Shown here: positions 25,216 through 38,175 of the stretch, in pieces | Position numbering within the stretch: position 1 is the stretch's first letter | Layout of the letters: the number at the start of each line of letters is the position of its first letter | Source: Phoronis australis | Taxonomy: Eukaryota; Animalia; Phoronida | Assembly: GCA_002633005.1 (NCBI GenBank) | Contig: NMRA01000400.1 | Coordinates: forward strand, 124,001-188,000 | Length of the DNA: 64,000 bases | Reading direction: 5' to 3' | Made by a program: the position numbers and the translations under genes | Notes under the pieces: generated by a model | The model's input: only the letters and a program-made list of their open reading frames with translations | Told to the model about the DNA's origin: nothing | Database searches by the model: none

Positions 25216-28200
25216 CAAGTCCTCGCAAAATCACGCCGTGTCTGTTTTTTTAACGTTCCTTAAATTCAATTAAATGAAAACGAAACAATCTTGTATCAAA
25301 GTCGGATATTAAATTTGAAGATATGCGCATATTCACTCCTGTCATTGGCAACATATTGCATTCTACGACATGCTGACAGTCACCATGTTCATTTCTAATG
25401 GGTTACATGTCAAAGAGCCAATAATTCAATGCTTAAAGCAGCTACAAAGCTGCCATCTTGATTAAGACCCTTCACTATGAAATTGGCCTCAAATTGTTTT
25501 TTAGTCATATAAGAGATGATTTATTGCCCTGGTAAAAACTGGGAGCTTGCTGTTGTTTGAGACCAGCTCTACAAGTAGTTTTTTTCTCGGCGGGCTATTA
25601 TCAATAAAAAAATTTTTTTTTGGCGGACCACGGTTTTACGGTTGCTTTAAATGAAAATGAAAATATCCCGAAAACGATAGAAGGCGTTAACTTCGTTATT
25701 CGCGCCTTGTTTATCTAAACTGACGCGAACTGATTTTATGGCGACTGTATTAGCAAAACTTTTTAAAAAATATTTTACATAACCTATGTCGAACCCAGGT
25801 GTTTCGATAGTACGACTACTACCTCGGGACACTCCATTTTACGCTACGTTGAGTGTCATTTGTTTCGCGATTTAATTTTGCGACGCGTCACAAAAATCGA
25901 GTCCTGGAATTAGACAAGTTAACACTTCTTGTTTTGTGTTATTTTACAGTAGTTGTAATGGAGCTAGCGGGTATTATTTTTGTCTAAATAAACCACGTCA
26001 TTATTATAGTACCTTACTTCGAAGTTAGTCATTTTTAATCGGCCAAAGTAGTGCTCAATTTAAATTTAAATTGGAGAGACATGAATATGTCGACGAATAC
26101 ACTACAAATCAGTCAATTATTTATGCGATTATCCTGACGGCTTTTTGCAAAAGAGCAATCAGTTTCAGCAATTATCTAAATGAGCCTACACGCTCCGCAC
26201 TACTATTGCTGACGTTTGACTAGCCTGGCCACTTTTAATTGGAACCTAATTATTTATTTATAGCGCCCTATCGCTATATTCATTCTGCGGGCGTTCCGAT
26301 TGAAAAGATCGGATGATACGCACAGAGTTTAATAAATTAAAGAGGATTTCAATATTTTTCGTCACGGGAATTAATGGTTTTTGTGGATTTTTAAAGATAC
26401 TTGAAAAATTGCCGCAGGTACTGACTTGAGTTTGAATGATTGAAAATAGCGAATTGGTCACGCAGAGTTTTATTTAAATCGAGAGCATTATTATAACTTA
26501 CAACAAATCAACCAGAAATTATAAATTATACACATACTAAGCAAGTCATAACATTTAACTACTTTTCACATAACAAGCGAGAATATTCAATTTTAACTGT
26601 GGTTACATTTTTGTAAAGAGACAAGCGAAAACATTGCTTCACAAAGAATTTCATTCATAAGTTTTTAACCACATCAAAATCTCAACGCCATAGTTATACA
26701 GCCTCTCGGAAAGGATTTATGAGTTATGCATTGTCGACCTAGGCTATCAGTGGAGGAAGTTAAAGGCGCACAAAGCACAAAAATAGTCTAGTTTGACCCT
26801 AAGATCGAGCAGACGATAACCACGACCATAATTCATACTATCGTAACTATGATGTTTTATGCGACTAAAGCTCGCTCATCGCCAAGAGCATCTTAAGGAA
26901 CATAATCGCTTTAACGGCCGAAGAGCGCATTTTTGGGGTTATTGCTGGACTGACTAGCTTTCATAACAAAATCCGTTGTGTGTTCTGATTTTCTCGCAAA
27001 TCTCTTAATTCTCGCCGACATTCGTCTGCCAATCATTTGCTGAAATCAAAGCTGGTGACTCTGACAGTTAAGTGCCCTTAGAATACTTTGTCATTTATCG
27101 AGCAAAACGAGGCTGTGAGTTAGACTCCGCCCTGGGCTTGATCTTAGAAAACCACCGTCCTTTCCAGTAACGTCATTTCAATGTTTAGAACAAAAGTTTA
27201 TGCCTGGTCGCTTCATTCTCGTTAGCACACCCCGCTACGGCAATCTATCTGCTTTTGTTTCGGGCGAACAAGAACTGGCGTAACTGTCTTTATTACTGAA
27301 ATGCTTATCACATTGAAATGCTCAAACTGCTAACGTTTTATTTTATTATAATTGTTAAGAATAACTATGACATTGTATAAAAAGTTGACTAAATGAACTT
27401 CGATGTACCCGACATTTTATTTGCTAATTTGAAGAGCGTTTGCAATGACTTGTGAAAAGTGTATAGATGGACGCAGATCTCTAGTTTTATTTGGTTTTGT
27501 TAGCTGTTCAAAGACCACATGTGACACTTAAAACGCCCCCATGAAAGGATGTTCCCGCCATAAATGTCAACATGTACCCTACTTGACACCATCATACTAC
27601 AAAAATGCCTTTAAGTTTCAAAATTGAAGTCAGTCAAGATGTGTTGCTTATATCATCGATAAAACTATTTGTTTCGTAAATCGCGTTTCATTTTTTGATG
27701 TGAGAGAGTCACCTTTAAGAAATCAACAATTATTTATTCTAAAAATTAATCAAAACTTTTACTGTTTACTTGAAAAGACCTCATCAAACTGGGAGAGGCG
27801 AAACTACGCGCAATAACCTGCATCGGCGTCAAAGAAACAAACTTTGAAACCAACCACGGAAATTCAATAAATTTTGAAAAGCAAATGTCTTTAAATTACA
27901 GCTCTACAACGAACCATAAGGCACTGTCCATAACGTTTCAGGCCAATTCTTCCTGAATATTCTCTCTCCAGGCTCAGCCAAGCTACATTTGTTGTGTCGC
28001 CAAGTACAAAATTCAAGTTAAAACGCAAAAGAATTCATTTGAGAAAATCAAGACGAGTGCTAGAACCTAAACTTTCGTGGCCCATATTACCTTGAAATTG
28101 ACCCGTCCGTCAACAAATGTTCACCGGCATTTCGTGAAAATAAAGAGAACAAGCACATAAGCAAACAAATAAGCAACCTGAAATGAAAGCAACAACAATT

Positions 28201-28647
28201 TCTAAACGGCGCCATACCTTTGAAAAGCATCAAACTGAAGGCAGGGAAATTCCGCGTTCGTTGTCTTTTGTCAAAGATACGCCGAGTGCGCTTTATTGGC
28301 GAGGCGCTGTGTTGTTTGAAATGTCTGTGCTAATAATGACGAGCCATGATGATGACCAATGTGTGTCTATCACGACAGGTAGACTGTCATTTATAGTATC
28401 AGGTGTGACGCTCAGTCGAGTGAGTTCGCACAGATTCCCTCCAGCCAATCACGGCAGAGCACTGAAAACGTGACCAATTAGATGGAAGGTAGCCACTTCA
28501 CTGTTAATTTTTAATCAGGCAGGTATACGAATTGAGAGTGTGTTGTTCCAATAATTTTAGGGAGACCGTATGTGATAACAGAAAACTGGTGTCATTTCAA
28601 GGGGTCCTCAATAACAAGAACGCGACCGTTTTATGGCTGTAATAGTT

Positions 28648-28715
28648 CATAGGCGGCGCATCATAGGTGGTTGGGGGGCTATAGCCCCACTTTTTCCAGT
28701 GCTGCGCCGCCCATG
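28648..28715. mobile_element. 68-bp mini TIR element (hAT5-like)
   Basis: TIR CATAGGCGGCGCA / TGCGCCGCCCATG (12/13 match); exact 5-bp TSD TAGTT. Confidence 0.85.
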
Positions 28716-31500
28716 TAGTTGCCTAACATTCGTCTAGTATGTACAATAATACCATCATATGTATCATTACCACAAACGCAAGAATAGTTACTCCATGTCC
28801 GTTGGCTATTTTGCTCTTGCTACATGGCTGAGTAGTTCGTAAGGGATTAGTAAGATAGTTTGACTAGACATTGATACAAAATAAAATCACCCCCTAGGCT
28901 GTTAAAGCCACTACCAGCAATGCTCTAGTGGTGTAAAACAACTTTCTTCGTATTTGTTTTTCCAAACCAATGCCATTGGGATCTTGTCCATTCTTTGAGT
29001 CAAATTTTGCTTACATTAAAACGCCTAGAATCCACGTTAGTTCCATAGTACCATGTTGCATTCATACGCAACACCCCCCCAAAAATGACCAGTTCGGCCA
29101 GCCTGAGGAGTGACCAGTTCTAATTCAAACGGAGGAGATTCAATGCATCTGATCAGTACTGACTCAAAGTTTGTGCTGTGCAGTGGAAACCTAAACTCAA
29201 ATGAGTATTAAGTACTGACGTAGGCACAAAATGTTCTTCCTGGAACAAGTTGGGCCCGCTTTTATTACAAATTAGTACTTGACTATATACACGGGAAGTG
29301 ATTGGTCAGTCGGTGAGCGACCCCAAAGCAAAATGTTTGGGGGGCAGATAAGTTTCGCCAATAGCATAAGTACACGTACATGAACCAAAAGATCTCGCTG
29401 TGTGAGACTTATTGAAAGTTTGGATCCTCAATTCTTGTTTAAATTTATTTAGAAGTAAAAAGTTCTCTTGAGACGCCGTGTTGGATGCAACGAGAAACGT
29501 TGTTAATAGAGATGGCCCAGAAAAAAGACCCGGCGTTAAAATTCAACCGTATGATAAGGCAACACGGTTCTTTTTCAAGCGTAGAAATGGCGTGCGTTCC
29601 GTAGACGTGAGAACCTCGCTAGAAACGCAGGATATCGTCTTGTGTTACACTAATCTAAGCACGTGATCACACTAGCTTCCCAAGGAAGCGGGGAGCTAGC
29701 AGACGAGCGCACCCCATATGAAAGAATATTTTAAAAGACCGAGCAGCAAAGTATAAGTATTGTTAGCCTCGTAAAAGGCCCATTTTGTATCTCTCTGAGG
29801 TGCTTACTGCGAAAATGATCGCCATAAGGATCACTTCAGTTCAATGTTAACTCTTACCTGGTAATTTAGAAGATTTTAAACGTGTCCTAAACCCTCTTTA
29901 TACTAAAAAATAAGTTTTGCTTTAGACCACGTAGTCCAATACCTTGTGGTACTAACAGTGTACTTGCCAATTGATTGCTGCTTTTGGAGTGACTGAACTG
30001 CTTTATGAAGGCTGTTCCGTCACCATACCCGCCACATTATCAAAATGTCCCAATTTTGGAAAGTTGATTAATCCTATACTATCGCGATTTCACACGAGAC
30101 ACATCGTTTTTTCCCGACCGACTAACAGGAAAAGCGTTCTTATTTTTTGATGGCGCACGTGATTTTATTTCCGTTTTTATTTATAGAGAAAACAAAAAAA
30201 TTGTAAGTCGTTTTTGGGTGTTACGGCACCCGTATTTTCCGACTTGACCAAAATATTATTTCGGGAGCTTTTTTCATGTTTTGGCGAACATTTCACTCTT
30301 GCATCTGGCTTTTTATCTGGATGTTTACATTTTTCAATCCAGTTGTCACGTGGCAACTATTCAACAGGTGTTCCAAACCAACACTATCTCTTTGTTATCA
30401 ATCTTGTTATCGTCATTGTTCCAGTTTCTTTAATAACATATCTAACAATAACAAACATGTTTTCCGATGTCCCTTGTTTCGGTATCATTAATTTTTATTT
30501 TGTGAAGAAATGAGTTTTTTTACTAAAAGTCTTAAACTGCGAACACTGTGATGAGCCACCAACAGTAGGTTAGACAATAGATATTTTATCTATCAGAAAA
30601 CCTTTATCTGCAAATTGCGTTTAGTCAGGAGTAATTAGTTGTCACATTTTTGTAAATGTCATTGCGACCCCAATTTTTTCTGGAGAATGTAATTTCACCA
30701 AACGGGCCAAAAGGCCCATATATAAGATGTATAGTTTGGATAAATGTCTGACTAACAGCAGCTGTAACGGGCCCGTATCCAAAAATCGGTAAAAATATTT
30801 TAATCATTGAAACAATTCCTTGTTAGTGAAACCATTTATATAATGTATAACTCTCTGGTTAGTGTCTTTTACTGATTAGAAGCCAAAGGGGAGACGTTTC
30901 CTATTGGCGTAGTGTTAAAAATATATTTCTGTTATTATTGGTCCCAGGTACATGACTTTAGAATAGTATTGAAGCTCAGGTGGTGGTTAACCATGTGGAT
31001 ATTTTCAAGCAAACTGTAAACTTTCGAAACTATTGTAACATGATAGCCACACGTTATGCCCGTCAGATTGGCATAGGTGGTACCCACGGTCGGCCTTCTC
31101 GAATCGCAAACAACTAATCCTCCGTATGAAAATGCTTGGGCAATAAGACTGTAGGAAATTAAGAAATATAGATGAAATTTGTTCAGGAATTTCAGTGACA
31201 GCATTTCTAAGTTTACTTTACTCGTACTGAACAAAAATTCTATCCTAAGGCCTACATTCCATAGCAAGAAACAACACCGGAACAAATACATGCGTGCAAC
31301 TACTCCTGCATGCGTGGCACAACCTCAGCCGCCCGAGATCGCAGTTGGTGTTTCATTCCTACAGTTTTGCTTTTTCTTACCCAGCAAGGGCTTCATCTAA
31401 ACACCGAAAATGCCCCTCCCCGCGGGATGGTGAATGTTTTTAATCAAGATTTTTTAGCTTTAGTGTTGATTGTACTTCATGTTTAAACATCCACACATTT

Positions 31501-31727
31501 CATGCGCCCACCCAGCCTAAAAATGGGGGTTTCGAATTTTTGAGAATGTGAACCTTTTACTAAAAAAGGGGGTACGTTCAGAGCTGTGAAGTGTGCATCT
31601 GCCTTTTAGTGGATCTTTGTCTCGTTTCCTACTTATTCGGACTTTTTGTTTGTCTGAGGCGGACCTTTTTGCCCACTTCGCCAAATGGGGGGGGGGTTCG
31701 TTCGAAGCCCCCCCGGGTGCGCGTATG
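31501..31727. mobile_element. hAT5-like MITE, CATGCGC-end family
   Basis: TIR CATGCGCCCACCC / GGGTGCGCGTATG; 5-bp TSD CATTT; homologous in reverse orientation to 44525-44749. Confidence 0.85.
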
Positions 31728-33945
31728 CATTTAAAAAGATATTAAACCGTTTTCTGTCTCCTGTTAATTCTGCATCGTCGGTGCTTCATTTCAGAGACAA
31801 AAGCAGGATTCCAATAAAACCACAGGCTCACTGCGTCACACAATACATCAGTTCACGGTTTCGTCCACCATCTTGAATATTCAATTGGGTAGAATAAACA
31901 AACCAGTACCCGTGAGTTTCTCATGCAAGTAGATGGTAGAGTATGAGGTGTTTAAGCCTATATTTTTCGAAGAATATCGACTAGATTGTCGAAAGGATAC
32001 AATTATGCCATTCAATAGCATAAAAACAAACTTATTTTTCTTCCTGACAACCACCTGCACTCAGATTTGTAGCGCATTGAAAATTGTCGATGATTTCAGT
32101 ATTTATCTGGTAATTTGCGTACATTTTCACAAAGTATACCTCAGGGTCAGTACTCGTAATGGTTGTTAGCCCTTGATACAAAGAAAAAACGAGTCTTGAA
32201 ATTATTGCAATTAAATCTTCAATATCATTAAAATCGCAAATTATTGTTGTTGCAATCACCCGGTATCGGCTGTTCAAGGAGGCCTAGATCCGCTTGACAA
32301 AAACTAACCTCCGAGGAATAATCCGTAAGTTTCTGTATCGAAACAACCCCACAATACTCACGTCACAACACAATTTTTTTATTAAGTGCATGCTTGTCCT
32401 TTGACGTAAATGGTCCAGCGACAAAGGTACTAGGAAAAACGTCATTAGTTTTGGGGTACTTCAGTTAAACCGCCAGCAAACCGTCAACAAAGTGCCCGCA
32501 AAAGAAACCGTTAACATTACCGCTGACTTTTTTTGCTACAAGCAAATTAAAGCGCTAATGAAAACGCAAGCGTTTCAGCCAGTTGATGAACGGGGTATTG
32601 AACTTCGTTCTTCCCCCCAAGCCATGCATATTGCTTGTCTTTGACGACAAATAACTGTGGTATAACATCGAGAGATGTGATGAGAATTAACAAGCAAACA
32701 CCCAAAAATTAAATGGCTTATTTTCTTAACCAGTTACCGTTCACCAATGTAAGTAAAAACATTATAGTGTTAAGAAATCCTAAAATATGTATAAAAATAG
32801 CGAATTGTGTCATGTGTGACCTAACAACTCAACATTTTATGGACAGAAAATCTTCAACTCCCTGCCAAACGTCCTCTGCAAAACAGGCATTGTTAATTCG
32901 AGGCTTTTTACGTGGATCAATTGCACTCCATCGCCAAATGCTTCCTGGATAAGCCTAAGTTTCGTGGAACTAGCTCATTTACAATTTCCTGAAATTTTCA
33001 GCTATACCATTTTCGTTCGAGCATGACAGTATGAAGTTAACTGCAGGATGTGGGTGTGCCTCTTCTCCTTTCTAATTAGCACGGCATGCTATAAATAGTC
33101 ACGATGCGGAAACGGAATAAATGTCCTGGAAAAAAGAAGCTCTCTTGATCACGACATATCGACATGGTGCGGATCTTTGCAGAGCGAAAGGTGAGGGGAC
33201 GTAAAATCACTCCCTCCTACCGAATTTGATTTCCAGATTCATCGATACAGCCCCACACTCTGGCTTGTGAGGTGAGAGACTGTGTCTTCCTTTCCTCGGA
33301 CTCGGATGAGGTGGCAGAACGGCAGTTCACTTTGGCATTCATAATTGTCTTCAGCTTAATAAAGTTCGCAACTATCTTGGCCGAGACCTCAGCGAGACAA
33401 AACAAGATAACTTAATTTGAGTTATGTTTATTTTGAGGGGTAAAGATGTGTTAATTCCAGTCTTTCATTTCTCCTGTAGAACACCCTTAGAAGTCAACGC
33501 ATGTAAAGTCGACACGAGAACTGCTAGGTAATTACAGGAATAGATTGTTTTTTTTTTCACTCGCATTTTGTTTCGTCATTAGAGCGATTGTCGCCACAAG
33601 GCAACCGACACCTAAATTATCCAGCTCGTGAGACAACGCAGACACCGTCGTTCTAGCCTTCCGTAACTGCTCCGTATTGGATGCAATGGGAGAATACAAC
33701 CAGTGCATGGACATTAAATGCAAGGTGATGTGAATCCAGGTCATCTAAAATGATCTCGTTTTATGAATTTTGTGAGTAAAACCCCAACCTTGTTAGACAA
33801 TCTCGATCTTATTGCTGATTTTATGTTTATTCAAATTTCTGATATTTGACTATCGATGTTTGCAGCGCAACGCATTGACAACGTGCTACAACGGGTAGGA
33901 GATACCCAAAGGGGTAAGAACGTGACGGAATGCATAAAACAAGGA

Positions 33946-34067
33946 GGAGACAGTGTGGTTCAGTGGTTTGAGCTCCGGACTCCTGTTTAGGAGACCAGAG
34001 TTCGAATCCTGGCTTTACTGACAGCATTGCACAAAAGTGTCTCCTACTCCGCTGAGCTCGGTTTTAC
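33946..34067 (+). mobile_element. tRNA-derived SINE head
   Basis: Pol III A box TGGTTCAGTGG (33956) and B box GTTCGAATCC (34000). Body ATTGCACAAAAGTGTCTCCTA...GAGCTCGGTTTTACT is shared with the copy at 4128-4385. No complete cloverleaf. Confidence 0.75.
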
Positions 34068-34155
34068 TCAGAGTCAGTGGAGGAAATAAATGAGAAACAC
34101 TTCGGAATACTCAGAGTCAGTGGAGGAAATAAATGAGAAACACTTCGGAATACTC
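34065..34155. repeat. Perfect 43-bp tandem duplication at the SINE 3' side
   Basis: TACTCAGAGTCAGTGGAGGAAATAAATGAGAAACACTTCGGAA x2 + TACTC. Confidence 0.9.
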
Positions 34156-34785
34156 GATTTCGAGTGTGAAGTGTAAAGAAGAAAACGAAAGAATCCAAGA
34201 AATACGTAAAAGCTGCAATTAATCTGCCTTAGGTAGAAGAAACGTTAGTTTAACTTTTGATTTAGACAATGCCGCTACAAAATTAGTCTCAACTTGTTCC
34301 TTACTTTGACGAAAAGTGGTTTCTGGTCTTGCAAACAACTGACAGTTAGTTAGCGCTCGAGATCATACTCGGCGAATAAATTGACACGCCGTGACAAGTC
34401 AACTGTAGGAGTGTGTGGTACCAAGCAATTTACATACTGACAGCTTGGCAAGCGCAGACATCACATATACTCTGACTGAGAACAATTTGAGATGAAGTTT
34501 GCGACAGTAAAAGGTCTAAATCATAGTCTGGGGTTACACTTTTTGATACTATGTTATATAAATTTAAGCCAGTAGCTACTTTCACAATAAACGATGAAAT
34601 CCGGAATAACGAACGCCAGTTCTTTCCAAGCACAAAAATCCCACGCGAGCTCTAATTTGAGAAAGGAGCAACTGCGACCAGTTTTTTAAAAATAGTCTTA
34701 ATCGAAGGTTATTTTTGACAGAAAGCGTATTAGGCTTACCGCCTTCTAACACGGATCTCCGCATAGGTGGTTAACGATCTAATCA

Positions 34786-34947
34786 CAGTGGAGGATTTAG
34801 AGGAGGGCCAAGGGGCTATGGCCCCCCTAAAAGTCTCCTAGATTCTATTTGGCAGGTCGGTGGTCCGAATGTCTGACAGGCAAAATCCCGGCTAATTCTC
34901 TGCCCTGCCCCCCCCTCCCCTAAATAAAAATCCTGGATCCTCCCATG
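34786..34947. mobile_element. hAT5-like MITE, CAGTGG-end family
   Basis: Ends CAGTGGAGGATTTAG / CCTGGATCCTCCCATG; 5-bp TSD AATCA. Confidence 0.85.
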
Positions 34948-36418
34948 AATCATACTAGAGTTGCGTTCCGTAGACGCAAGACACTCGCGAGTAAGGCTAA
35001 ATAAATGTAATCATGGGCTTCACTTGTGATACATGACAGTATTTCACGAATACTTGCGTGATCTCACATTTCTCACAATAAAACTTGCTCCACGAATCAC
35101 AGGTCAAGGTCGATCAATGCCTTTTAATGAAAACAGACAACATGTTTACGGACGTCAGTGTGAATCAAGAGCAAATTTCTCACTGGCTCCGAACAAAAGC
35201 CTGACTATGTCTTTTTAATAAATTCAGCCGAAACAAAAAATATTCCTTACGAAACAACGGTGGCAATAACATGACCATGTAAATGTTCAAGATGAAATCT
35301 CAATGTTTTTAAGTTATATTTTTATTCCCTTCTTCGTAAAAATCTTAAAAGTCACAATTTTTGTTGCCCCTCGTGCCAACTATAGTGGAACATTTTGAAA
35401 AACAATTCCTAATAGCGAAGAGATATGTACTTAAAGTACAGAACTTGGAAGTTTCATTTGAATTAGATTTGCCATTTCTGAGATGTGATGCTCCGAAGAT
35501 AGTCAAATTTGAACATTTTTCTAAGGACTCACTCTCAAATTATGAGTTCCCGCAGTTCGCCAAAACAGCCGCGCCCGGAGATCTAGGGAAAAACAACTTT
35601 GAGACAACATTACAGCGTTCTGTCGTTCAGTAATTTTTCCAAACGTGAGGGGTGCTGAACGTGCGATAACATGTGGCTCTTTTGTTAACTGCCCAGCTCA
35701 GTCTTTTGTCCCATATGATAACAAGCAGGCCAATTATCTCCCCGGCTTCAAAGGGAACGTATGGTGGTTGTACGCTATTACCGAACGCGTATTCAGAACA
35801 CAGTTAAACCCAGTGCGTTGGCAATCCGTTTGGACAGATTAGAATGTCTAAATTCTGTTGTAGTTGGGCGATTTTGGTGATTCAAAAACGGAACATGATC
35901 AGCATTTGACGAGCAATTCAGAAATACTATTGGTTTAAGCTCAAATACGTTATAACTTAGCTTTCATTTTTAGCAGCACAGCCCAGTCAGGCTAGATACT
36001 ATCTGATCGGAGATTAAAGAAATTATCACCAAAAGAGCGCATGCCCTCCAACCATAAATGCCAGATTGGAGTTAATCAGTCGTGTAAGATATTGGCTACG
36101 GGGGTAAACTTCCCAACTTGTTGTTGGGCTATAGAATCGAATAAGTTGGGAGCAACGGGATGTCGCCGTCATGTTTACGCGCCATAATACATCGTACGAG
36201 CTCCGTCTCGCGTTAACTCGTCTTCTTTCACATTTTAGTTTTAAGTTACTTCAGGCAAACGCAAAACCAAAACAAAACCAGACTCGCTACTGAAACATAT
36301 ACGTAACAGAACAGTCACGTTATATATAATATAGTGAGACCGGGGTGCACCCGAAATACCTCAAGTATTTCCGTGACCTCAAACTTCCTTTGGAAGTGTA
36401 TTCATGACCAATCATTCT

Positions 36419-36742
36419 CAGTGGGGGATTTAGGGGGGGGGGGGGGGNGGGGACCATGCCCCCCCCCTAAAACTGTACCCCAGATACCATTTGACAGTTG
36501 GGGTGCGAATTTCTGACTAGCACATGCGCAACCAGGAGGGGCTCGGGGGCTGAATAAATAATTGCATAGGCCCTGAACGATCCCCGTTTACCGTTTTTTT
36601 ATTTTTTAGTCAAAAGGTTCGCAAACCCAAAATTCGACACCTCTGCACCCCTACACTTTAGGCTGGGCGCGCGCATCAGCCGAAAGACTGCTTATTCCTG
36701 TGCTCTGCCCCCCCTTAACTCAAAATCCTGGATCCGCCCCTG
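36419..36742. mobile_element. hAT5-like MITE, CAGTGG-end family, with a nested CATGCGC-family copy at about 36523-36677
   Basis: Ends CAGTGGGGGATTTAGG / CCTGGATCCGCCCCTG; 5-bp TSD ATTCT. Confidence 0.85.
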
Positions 36743-38175
36743 ATTCTCCAGTTAGAATTTCACGATTTGGTGGATGACTCAGAGAAATTTGAGGCTGACA
36801 AAAATAACCTTCAGAGGTGTTTGATATCTGCGCATGCTCGAAATTAACAGCAAGTCGTGTGACTCTCAAAATGAAATGAAAACTGTCTTCGAATGCGCGG
36901 GGATACTCTAACGATAACAGGATTAAACAAGACGAGAGCTATAAGTGCATCAGAAGGCATACTGAGGATCAAGAATGGCGTCACGTACGACTTTTGAGAC
37001 CTACTAGGCTGAAAAGCTTCTTGGCTACGAAAATAGATAATGCCGGGATGAACACGAACCATTCCATATATCTGTTCGCCATTTGAGTAGAGTGCATTTC
37101 AGCTGCCATGTTTGTAGGCAACACGTAGCTCCTAGGTGGCCGGTTGGGGGCTACAATACTTCCCATCGCTTTCTGTACGCATTTCGTCCTGTGTATTTTA
37201 AACGGGCGGTAGGCCAAATCCGGCCACCGATTTGGAGTTTTCACCTCATCAAAAATACATTCCACACTCAAAAGTATCAATTAAAAATTAGCATTCTTCA
37301 GTGATCCTTTCTGCTTCTACACATATCTTCGATGAAGCACAGGTACTAGAATTAAGGTGACTGGAGAAGAAATCCATAACCACGAAATATTTCAACTGAG
37401 TCACGTGAGATAGGCTAAGGCTTGCGCGAGACTGAGCGAAGCGCGTGACGTGGCGCGTGACACTTACAAAACAGCATGAGAAGATATCAGGTGGAATTTG
37501 TGAGTTTTATGTCCCGTTGGACTTTTTGTTCGTTAACAGGCGTGATTTCTCGTAACTTTCTAAAAATGGCACCCGGTGAAAGAAGCTCAAACGAACCGCC
37601 GACAGATTTTCATGGATATGTTCAAGTTGTGTTGACTAAATTGTATTCAGAGTCATGGTATGTGTTAATTATAACTCCATGTGCATATTTGCATGTTTCA
37701 TTCGATTTTATTTGCTGTATTTTGAAATGCGTAACGTTTTGTGGGGATGTAGGCCTACTATCGCCCCTGTATGCCTGTGGCATCCAGGGAGATGTAATTG
37801 CCTACCTTTTTGGATGACCAGGCACAATATTGCAGTCGTCACTATACATGTAAGCGTTGGCGATGCTCAATCTTGCCAAGCCAGTTCAAACCGGAATCAT
37901 CGTGTGGGTATCGCTAATTAAGTACAGACAGGTTACGCATTTAATGAGAATTCGTTTTCATCACTCGAAAAAGAGTGCCAACGAAAAACAAACGAAAAAG
38001 AATGTGGAGCATCCGATGAATTTCGTCAATCAAATATGAAATATACAATTCTGTGTTTTCCACGTTCATAACCCAAGAAAAGTGCACAAATCTTACCACG
38101 AGGGACTTTCCGAACGACAGGCAAGTTTTAAACTGGAGATCTGAAGTAAATCCAGTTTGCTCTAAAATTCAATTA

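Noticed and set aside
26760-27718. Kolobok-type element bounded by TTAAAGG and CCTTTAA
   Set aside because: The inverted match does not extend beyond about 7-8 bp and two alternative right ends exist, so it cannot be supported.
33946-34020. Functional tRNA gene
   Set aside because: A and B boxes are present but acceptor and anticodon stems do not pair well, and the downstream body recurs elsewhere as in a SINE.
34784-34790. CACAGTG heptamer suggesting an RSS or Transib/RAG-like transposon end
   Set aside because: The first CA belongs to the TSD (AATCA); the other end and the sister elements lack the heptamer, and no nonamer was seen.
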